A stretch of DNA of 64,000 bases from a virus. The first letter of the stretch is position 1; each line of letters opens with the position of its first letter. The translations under genes and the position numbers were made by a program. The DNA lies in the IMG/VR virus record IMGVR_UViG_3300033148_007227, positions 1 to 64,000 of that record; one strand, written 5' to 3'. Shown one piece after another: positions 56,887 to 64,000 of this stretch. The notes below the pieces were generated by a model. It was not told where the DNA came from, ran no database searches, and saw only the letters and a program-made list of their open reading frames with translations.

Positions 56887-58304
56887 TGGCTGTAAGATCA
56901 AAAGAAGAATGGGTTACTTATCTGAATAACTTAATACTAGGAGTTGATCGAAGCTTAGATGTTAGTTTTGGTCCTCTAAAGAATATATTTGTTGATCCTT
57001 CTGCTAATGGGCTTTCAATTCTTGATTTTGAGTTGGATAGAGTTAAGAAGATATTGAATATAGATAATAATGATTTGATGACTGATGATGAGTTTGAAGC
57101 AATATTAGGAAACTATTTAGTAGAGCAACTTTCTGGTATTAAAGCTACAGGAGTTGTTTATTTCCAAACGAGTAATTTGAATTTTGATGTTACAATTCCA
57201 AGAGGTTTTCCTATAAGCACAAATCCTAGATTTGGAAATAGGGTTATTTTTACAACTACTGAGAGCAAGACTATGTTTGTTGCTAGTGCTCCTAGTTTTT
57301 TCAATCCGAGTGAAAATGTCTATGAAGTAGCTGTAAATGTAGAAGCTACTATAGCAGGGGATATAGGAAATGTGCCAGAAGAGTCTATAACTGTGATGCT
57401 TAGAGGTATTACTGGGATAGATAGAGTTATAAACAAGAATGAATTTAATACAGGATCGGGAGAAGAAACAAGAAATGAATCTGTAAGGAGACTGAAGGGA
57501 TTTTTGAAGTCTAATGGAATATTGATGTTAAGAAAAGGTTTGCTTTTTGATGCTCTTAGACTTGTGGAGGATGCTTCGGTGATTGGAGCAGGAGATGAGG
57601 GATTTACAAGAGACTCTGAAAATAGTGGAGCAGTTGATTTATTTGTCATTGCTGAAGAATTAACAGAAGTAACAGATTATTTTAGAGTGGGGTATCATTA
57701 TTTGGAAGACCCCTCAAATGGTGTAACTTGGATTTTTGAGAATCAACCTGTGAATGAGATAGTTGAAGTTATTATAGATGGTAATGATGAAACTTCTTTA
57801 TTTACTTTACAAAAAGATGATGGGGTTTATTCAGATTCTATAAGAGCTAAAGATGCTTTGTTTACTTCAACTCCAGCATCTCTTGATCCATACTTTGGGA
57901 AAAATGCTTCTGTAAAGTATAAGTATAATTCAAAAGTTGGGAGTGTGAACTCAATTTATAATAATTTTGACAGGAGAGTTTGGGGTAGAGATTTGTTGGT
58001 GAGGGAAGCAACTAGTGTCAAGGCTGTAATAACAGCTACGATTACAATTCTTTCTGGTTTTGATAAGCCTACGATTGCTTCTACTGCCAAGACTAAAATT
58101 ATTGATTATGTTAATGCTCTTAATATAGGTGATCCTCTTGAGATTGCTGATATAACTTTTATTGTCAGAGGTATTCCAGGTGTAGATAATGTAGTTTATA
58201 GTGATTTTAGAAAAGAAAGTGATCCAGGAGGAATAGTTGAAGATGTAATTGTAAATAGAAATCAATATTTGAGAACTAATTCTTCATTGGTTACTGTATT
58301 ATGA
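56886..58304 (+). CDS. Baseplate J-like wedge protein
   Basis: Start moved to ATG 56886 (MAVRSKEE); KATGVVYF, IPRG, VEATIAGDIGNV, GSGEET, GAVDLFV, IPGVDNV. Confidence 0.88.
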   Translation: MAVRSKEEWVTYLNNLILGVDRSLDVSFGPLKNIFVDPSANGLSILDFELDRVKKILNIDNNDLMTDDEFEAILGNYLVEQLSGIKATGVVYFQTSNLNFDVTIPRGFPISTNPRFGNRVIFTTTESKTMFVASAPSFFNPSENVYEVAVNVEATIAGDIGNVPEESITVMLRGITGIDRVINKNEFNTGSGEETRNESVRRLKGFLKSNGILMLRKGLLFDALRLVEDASVIGAGDEGFTRDSENSGAVDLFVIAEELTEVTDYFRVGYHYLEDPSNGVTWIFENQPVNEIVEVIIDGNDETSLFTLQKDDGVYSDSIRAKDALFTSTPASLDPYFGKNASVKYKYNSKVGSVNSIYNNFDRRVWGRDLLVREATSVKAVITATITILSGFDKPTIASTAKTKIIDYVNALNIGDPLEIADITFIVRGIPGVDNVVYSDFRKESDPGGIVEDVIVNRNQYLRTNSSLVTVL

Positions 58305-58987
58305 ATTTGATTGAGACAAATAGTATCATTTTGAAAATAGAGGATGATGTTCTTGATAGTTTCGATTATCAGGAGCAAGTGGAATTTTTCAAACGAAGAG
58401 ATTTCTATAAAAGTGCTGATTTTGTAATTCCTTATTTTAGAGATGGTGTAACAATAGTTGCTGAAGGAGAAGCTGGAGTAAACTATCGAGTGGAAGCTGG
58501 AGATTTATCTTTTGATTTTGTAGAGTCAAGAAATATGTTTTTTCCAGCTACGGCAATAGAAAGTAGAATTTTGGATATAAATGTTTACAAGGAAGGAAGT
58601 TATCTTGCAGGAACCTCTGTGGCTTTTGTTTTTTATATGATATTTTCTTATGTGGTTTATAAGGTATTGCTTGAACTTTTAGAGAGAGCTAGAGAAGTCA
58701 AGAAAAGTCGTTATCTTTTGGATAATACGGATTTTGCTGAAGGATTTGAAACAGTATGGGGAAGACTTTATGAAATAGGAAGATTTGATACTTGGTCTTT
58801 TGATGAATATAAAGATTTGGTTATTCAGATAATATCAATTTTCAAGAATACTGTTGAGAAAAGTTTGAAAGAAGCTGTTACTGGAACTGGGTTTAAGATA
58901 TTTGTTGAAGATGGAAGTAGAGTGGAAAGATATAGTAGTGGTTGGAATAAGATAACGAATGATAATTGGGAAATTGAAAAAATTTAG
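58301..58987 (+). CDS. Baseplate wedge (gpI/gp7-like) candidate
   Basis: Follows J; WGRLYEIGR...FDEYKDLV. Confidence 0.55.
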   Translation: MNLIETNSIILKIEDDVLDSFDYQEQVEFFKRRDFYKSADFVIPYFRDGVTIVAEGEAGVNYRVEAGDLSFDFVESRNMFFPATAIESRILDINVYKEGSYLAGTSVAFVFYMIFSYVVYKVLLELLERAREVKKSRYLLDNTDFAEGFETVWGRLYEIGRFDTWSFDEYKDLVIQIISIFKNTVEKSLKEAVTGTGFKIFVEDGSRVERYSSGWNKITNDNWEIEKI

Positions 58988-58997
58988 AAGGTGAAAT

Positions 58998-59219
58998 ATG
59001 GAACTTAAAATTATAAGTGATGGAACTGCTGTTGGAACTCAGGTTGTGGACAGTGAGACTGGTAAACCTGTTAGTTTTGTTCAGTATGTGGAATGGAGTG
59101 TGGATGCTGAAAAAGGGATAGCTGAAGCTGTCTTGAAAGTTTCTAAAATAGAAGTTGATTTGACTGTAAAAAAAGAAGATACAGAGATAGTGGAGAGAAA
59201 AATAGATGCCGATCTATAG
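58998..59219 (+). CDS. Small hypothetical phage protein
   Basis: KIISDGT..GTQVVD..TG...VQYVEW. Confidence 0.7.
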   Translation: MELKIISDGTAVGTQVVDSETGKPVSFVQYVEWSVDAEKGIAEAVLKVSKIEVDLTVKKEDTEIVERKIDADL

Positions 59220-60960
59220 TGATATCTCAAAAAATATCACTCTTTCATCTGCTACAGATGAAGGGATAACTGTACTCGTAAGAGATTTAGGAATTATAAA
59301 ATGGGTCAGTAGATGGAAGCTGGTAGCTGATATAGAAGTTGATACAGACAATGGATTCAGTTTTGATTGTGCTATAAAGTTCTGGAACAATGATTTTTCA
59401 GTTCAATCCAGCCCTATAACTTTTACAGATTTACAAAGAAAAATTATAAGTTTTGAGGATTTTGTTTTTTGTGGTAATGAAGACTGGTTTTATGTGACTA
59501 TTGAAGTGATTGATTATAATGGTAATACGTCTATTGATTTTACAATTCACAATTCATTTTTAGTAAAAGGTGTTGATACTTTATTAATAAATAGCAATGG
59601 TAATTTGTTAAAAGATGAGCATCATTATAATTCCAGCTTGATTCTTGATGTTATAGATAATGAAGGAATCAATAGTGCTGGTTATCAAAGTTTAGTGGAT
59701 TCATTGACAAGAGATTTAGTTCAAAGCCATTTGAGTATAAATAAGATTAGTGGTTTGTATCCTAGAGCTTTTGCAGATGGAGATTTTAGAGTGTTTAATG
59801 ATGAAGGTGACAGTATGATTATTGTAAGTTTCGATCACAATAATGGTACTGATATAGAAACCATAAATGTTACGTATTTAACAGGAACAGATGAGGTAAA
59901 AGTGACTACAGCTTTGGGATCGAATACTTTAAGTTATACTGGTCCTAATTTTTATGAATTTCAAATAGTAAGTGGGCTCGATCAAGAAGATATAAGAGTG
60001 TGGGTAGATGTGGAAAAATCGAAAAGTCCTGGTCCTGTCAGTATAGGAGATATAGACACAACAGTAGTTAGAAAGTATTTGAAAGGTTCTTTAGTAGAGC
60101 AAAAGAACTTTGATTTTATTGATCGGGGAAATGACTGGTTCAATTATTATAGACCTAAGAATAAGAGTGTGTTTGAGGAGAATCTTAATTTTTCTTTTGT
60201 GGGACCAGATTGGGAAGCTGATCTGACTTATGAAGCTATTCAAGATAAGAATTTATGTTTACTTTTGAGAGATGGAGTTCCTATTCCTGATATTTATTGG
60301 GATTTTGTTGATAGTAATACAATCTCACTCGACAATGCTGAATTTGATAGCACGGCTGTTTATACTTTCAGTTACAAACTTGATCTTTTTATAACTTTTG
60401 AAATTGATATATCAGGATTTACGAGTATTAATGAAATGTATTTGTTACCTCTGATTGATAATTTTAATCCTAATAGAAGTTTGATAGGAGAAGTTGATTT
60501 AGAAGAATCTGTAAACATAAATTCTGCTGGTGACGGAACTTTAAGGTTTTTTTCTAATGGAAATTTGGAGGATGTGGAAGTAAGAAGAATTGATAGAGAT
60601 AGAGAGTTTATTCTTCCGGCTGATGGGATAATAGAAGTTGTAGATGATAGGATAAGAATAAATCCTTTTTATTTTAATGAGAATAGTTTGTATGTTGTGA
60701 GTTATAAGGGATTTCTTGCAAATGTGGATAGTTTTGCTGATGTATCTGTTACATGGAGATATCAGAAAGAAGATTTAAGTTGGTCATCTTTTACGGGTTG
60801 GGATGGAAGGACTTTAATTCCTCATAAATATTTTGACACAACAGTCAAGAATGTTCAAAAAATCGAATTAAAAGCTGAGATTGATACAATAGATAATCTT
60901 TTCTTTTTAAGAGGAATGGGATTAGTTTTTGTAAGTTTGAGAGCAGGAGAATTATTTTAG
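59206..60960 (+). CDS. Putative baseplate/tail structural protein
   Basis: 584 aa beta-rich ORF in the tail module. Confidence 0.7.
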   Translation: MPIYSDISKNITLSSATDEGITVLVRDLGIIKWVSRWKLVADIEVDTDNGFSFDCAIKFWNNDFSVQSSPITFTDLQRKIISFEDFVFCGNEDWFYVTIEVIDYNGNTSIDFTIHNSFLVKGVDTLLINSNGNLLKDEHHYNSSLILDVIDNEGINSAGYQSLVDSLTRDLVQSHLSINKISGLYPRAFADGDFRVFNDEGDSMIIVSFDHNNGTDIETINVTYLTGTDEVKVTTALGSNTLSYTGPNFYEFQIVSGLDQEDIRVWVDVEKSKSPGPVSIGDIDTTVVRKYLKGSLVEQKNFDFIDRGNDWFNYYRPKNKSVFEENLNFSFVGPDWEADLTYEAIQDKNLCLLLRDGVPIPDIYWDFVDSNTISLDNAEFDSTAVYTFSYKLDLFITFEIDISGFTSINEMYLLPLIDNFNPNRSLIGEVDLEESVNINSAGDGTLRFFSNGNLEDVEVRRIDRDREFILPADGIIEVVDDRIRINPFYFNENSLYVVSYKGFLANVDSFADVSVTWRYQKEDLSWSSFTGWDGRTLIPHKYFDTTVKNVQKIELKAEIDTIDNLFFLRGMGLVFVSLRAGELF

Positions 60961-60972
60961 TCGGAGGGTGTG

Positions 60973-63900
60973 ATGGATAAGTCTAATTTTCCAAATTCAG
61001 TTCCTTTTACTGGATCAGACTTAGTTTTTGAGTCTAATGCTAGGCAAAAGGTTGATAGAAGAACTATAAAAGAAGGACTGCAAACAGGAGTAATTGAGGG
61101 TCTTATAGTATCTGTAAACGGATCAGATGCGACTAAGGTTGATATTTCTCCTGGAAATGGATATGTGGGAGATGTTGATTTTGGGGATAAGTTAGATTCA
61201 GAGTTTGGTTCTTATATAAAACATGGATCAGGGGCCACTTTAAATGCTCCTATTGGTGGATGGATTGCTGGAACTAATTATTATGTTAATGCTGTTTATA
61301 ATGAGACTGTTACAATTCAAAGACCTGATGAAGATGGAACATCTTTATTTGATGTAAGAACTGAAAGCACGTCAGTTGATTGTACCTTTGAGATTATAAC
61401 TGTTACAGATTATCTGGCTCTTAGTGATATTGATAAGCATAAGAGATTGAAGCTTGCTATAGTAACTCCCTCTGGAACTTCATTGGTGAGCAGTGATATA
61501 GAAAATTCTTATGTTATTGAAAGAGTTAAAACTGCTGGAACTTTATCTTTGACAGGTGTAGAAGTTCTTGAAGTTTCTTCAACTGCTGTTGATGGAACTT
61601 CTGAAATTGACTGGAATCAAGCAACAACAGAATTGAAATGGAAGGACGCAGGAGATGGCTCGTTTGGAGCGTCTGTAGATATTTCGACAGATGGAATACA
61701 TATTTTAGAATCTAACGTTACAAGTAAATTTATAAAAGTAAGAACCACATTAGCATTGTTTCCAGCTTCAAGTGGAACCTTTGATCTTGAGATAAATGAT
61801 CTGTATGAAGGAGTTATTAGACCTGCAAGTGGTGCAGATAGACTTTTAAGGAGTTATGGTGGGTCTGCTCTTAAAACCAGAACAAATCCTTTGGGGTTGA
61901 GTATAGATGATTTGGGTGTTGGTGTGGGAGAAGATATAAAATCTCATAGAGTATATATGCACAAGAATGGAATTGTATCTGATAATAGTAATACTCTAAA
62001 AGCTTCTATAATTCAAACATTGGAAGATTATTTAAGTTTAGGGGTTCTTGCCGGTGCTGACAGATTCTTCGTGAAAGGGAATGTGTTTACTGGTATAGTT
62101 GAATCTGAAGACTCTGCTCCTGCCGGGAATGAATATACGATTCAATTTAATGATTTTGATGATGGAGACTGGCATTTATTGGAGGTTTATGTTGATGAAT
62201 TTGGAACTTTGAGCAGAAATGAATTGGCTAGTGTAAGTTCTCCTAATGTGATAGGAGTCGTTTTGCTTGATCTTCTTTTAGAAACACAAGCTAATTTTGA
62301 TATTGATTATACTTATGTAAGTGTTGAGGAAAGGACTCTTCAATTTAATAACGGAGAAACTGTAACTTTAATTCCTGGAGCAGATGCTACTTATGAATTA
62401 ACTGGAGAAAATGGATATGATAAACTTATAGTTTATGTGGATTGGGATGAACTTGATACTTCAAATGCTTCTGATACCTGGGATATTGCTAATGCTCCTG
62501 TTGATGGAGTTGATGATAGTTTGAAGATTTGTAATATAGTTTATTTTAATTCAGTTCTTTATGGAGAGAATGCGGACTATATAACTGGTGGTGGAACTCC
62601 TTATGATTTAAGACAGTTTGGTACTCTAGGAGAAGAGAACTTTAGAAAGGATACAAAGGAATATATAGAGTTCCCAGGAAGAGAGATTTTAAGTAATGGG
62701 GTGATTCAAGGATTTGTATTGAATGAAAATCCTGCTAATAGTCTTGAGATTGGTCCAGGTAGGGGATACATAAAGGGAAAAGAAGTAGTATTGACTGATA
62801 GTACAACTATTGATTTTAGTACAGGTGCTTATGATAACAAAACTTGGTATGTATGGCTTTCTGATGATGGAACAATAGAAGCTCTTGAAGAACCTTTAGA
62901 TAATAGCTCTAATGTGCTTGAGAGTGTTCTAGTTAGATTAGCTTCTGAAAGAATAATACTAGCAAAAGTGGTAGTTGGTTCTAGTATAATATCTTCTTAT
63001 TTGGATATGAGAAGCTATGTTGGAGTTGAAGATAGAAAAACAGATGATGATGAAAGTTTAGGTGTTTTAGTTCCTGAGTTGGAGATAAATAAATCTTTGA
63101 TTTATCCTTCAGGAAGAATTATAAGGCTTGATGATGAGTTGCATATAACTAAAAATTTGAGAAGGAATTATAGTACTGGAAAGTGGGAGTTAGAGGATTC
63201 TAGTAAACACGGAGTTACGGTTATTATTAAGTCCAATAGTGAAGATAAGGATTTATTTTCAGTTAGACAACTTGAACCTTCATCTTCTCCTGTATCTGAA
63301 ATTGATGATAGGGTATTATTTCAACAGAGTCCTTTCATACCTTATTTTAAAACACTATATGGAAATGGTGAATTAGGTAATGTTGAACTATCGTCTAATA
63401 CAGATTTGGGGACTGATAGAATAAGACAGTATAAGAATTTAACAATTAAAAGTGGAGTAGAATTAACAGGGAATGGTCCTTTTTTGATTATAGGAGTTCA
63501 GGAAAAACTTACTATTGAAAGTGGTGCAGTAATAAGACTTGATGGAATTGCAGGAGCTAGTTCTGTTGGAGGTCCTGGAAAGGGTGGAGTTGGGGGAAAT
63601 GGTGGTTCAAATCCTGGAAATCCAGGACTTGCAAGTGGACCAGCTTCATATCCTAATTACTATGCAAAAAATGGGTCAGCTAGAATAGGTGGTGGGGTTT
63701 TTTCTCCTTATTCTTTTGCCTCTGGTGGTGGTGGTGGTGGTGGTGGTTTAAGTTCTATCGGAGGAGGTGGTGCTGGTGGTGGTTACGGAGGTAATGGTGG
63801 TGATGTTTTTGTTGTTGGAAGTTCTGGAGTTGTAACTATGAATGGGATAGGAGAATCTGCTTTAACTACAATTAAGATTAATAAACCTGAAGGTTTAATT

Positions 63901-64000
63901 TTAGTATCTAAAGGTGGAATTTTAGGATGGGGAGGGGGAGGAGGTGGTGGTGGTGTTGGTGGTGCTGGTGGTGGTGGTGGTGGTGCTATTTATATTGAAG
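60973..64000 (+). CDS. Tail fibre protein, 3'-truncated by window edge
   Basis: GGAGG RBS; open from MDKSNFPNS to the window end (>1000 aa); GVIEGLIVS/GVIQGFVL baseplate-attachment repeats; Gly-rich GGGGG distal region. Confidence 0.8.
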   Translation, partial: MDKSNFPNSVPFTGSDLVFESNARQKVDRRTIKEGLQTGVIEGLIVSVNGSDATKVDISPGNGYVGDVDFGDKLDSEFGSYIKHGSGATLNAPIGGWIAGTNYYVNAVYNETVTIQRPDEDGTSLFDVRTESTSVDCTFEIITVTDYLALSDIDKHKRLKLAIVTPSGTSLVSSDIENSYVIERVKTAGTLSLTGVEVLEVSSTAVDGTSEIDWNQATTELKWKDAGDGSFGASVDISTDGIHILESNVTSKFIKVRTTLALFPASSGTFDLEINDLYEGVIRPASGADRLLRSYGGSALKTRTNPLGLSIDDLGVGVGEDIKSHRVYMHKNGIVSDNSNTLKASIIQTLEDYLSLGVLAGADRFFVKGNVFTGIVESEDSAPAGNEYTIQFNDFDDGDWHLLEVYVDEFGTLSRNELASVSSPNVIGVVLLDLLLETQANFDIDYTYVSVEERTLQFNNGETVTLIPGADATYELTGENGYDKLIVYVDWDELDTSNASDTWDIANAPVDGVDDSLKICNIVYFNSVLYGENADYITGGGTPYDLRQFGTLGEENFRKDTKEYIEFPGREILSNGVIQGFVLNENPANSLEIGPGRGYIKGKEVVLTDSTTIDFSTGAYDNKTWYVWLSDDGTIEALEEPLDNSSNVLESVLVRLASERIILAKVVVGSSIISSYLDMRSYVGVEDRKTDDDESLGVLVPELEINKSLIYPSGRIIRLDDELHITKNLRRNYSTGKWELEDSSKHGVTVIIKSNSEDKDLFSVRQLEPSSSPVSEIDDRVLFQQSPFIPYFKTLYGNGELGNVELSSNTDLGTDRIRQYKNLTIKSGVELTGNGPFLIIGVQEKLTIESGAVIRLDGIAGASSVGGPGKGGVGGNGGSNPGNPGLASGPASYPNYYAKNGSARIGGGVFSPYSFASGGGGGGGGLSSIGGGGAGGGYGGNGGDVFVVGSSGVVTMNGIGESALTTIKINKPEGLILVSKGGILGWGGGGGGGGVGGAGGGGGGAIYIE

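Noticed and set aside
14839-60975. TAG read-through (code 15) fusing 12301+14851, 19740+20007, 21344+22268 and 59206+60973, which are in frame
   Set aside because: Only about a third of TAG-ending genes are in frame with the next gene, as expected by chance; most downstream genes have their own RBS, and no core gene has an internal TAG
1-64000. CRISPR array, tRNA or rRNA genes
   Set aside because: The only regular repeats are coding 90-bp ankyrin units; no repeat-spacer structure or tRNA cloverleaf was recognised by eye

Overview
This is a 64-kb, AT-rich segment of a large contractile-tailed dsDNA phage (myovirus-like Caudoviricetes), with essentially all coding on the + strand. In order it contains: (1) an ankyrin-repeat gene array, a decayed pentapeptide-repeat gene, and an AAA+ / DUF3150-like / metallopeptidase-vWA triad; (2) a split class II ribonucleotide reductase carrying a Gln-ending intein; (3) small and acidic genes, a GC-richer putative receptor-binding gene, a WYL-domain protein and a second ankyrin array; (4) the head module: TerS candidate, TerL, a 1226-aa mosaic protein, an intein-containing portal, a 1298-aa protease/scaffold, a decoration protein and the major capsid protein; (5) neck, sheath, tube, tail chaperones, tape measure, baseplate and a tail fibre that runs off the window. 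The strongest novelty candidates are four. First, a recurrent basic-patch K/R-K/R-(A/S)-Q/E signal starts or subdivides many proteins into acidic modules, suggesting protease-processed, capsid-packaged cargo polyproteins. Second, two IscB/IsrB PLMP(RRXRR)-like segments lie in frame in front of structural genes, each behind a hairpin. Third, the 30-aa ankyrin cassettes appear to recombine like a natural DARPin library. Fourth, there is a conserved TTTAAA-N19/20-TATNAT promoter-like motif and a non-canonical (-2/+1) tail-chaperone frameshift. All family assignments come from motif recognition by eye; no searches were run. No tRNA, rRNA or CRISPR array was seen.
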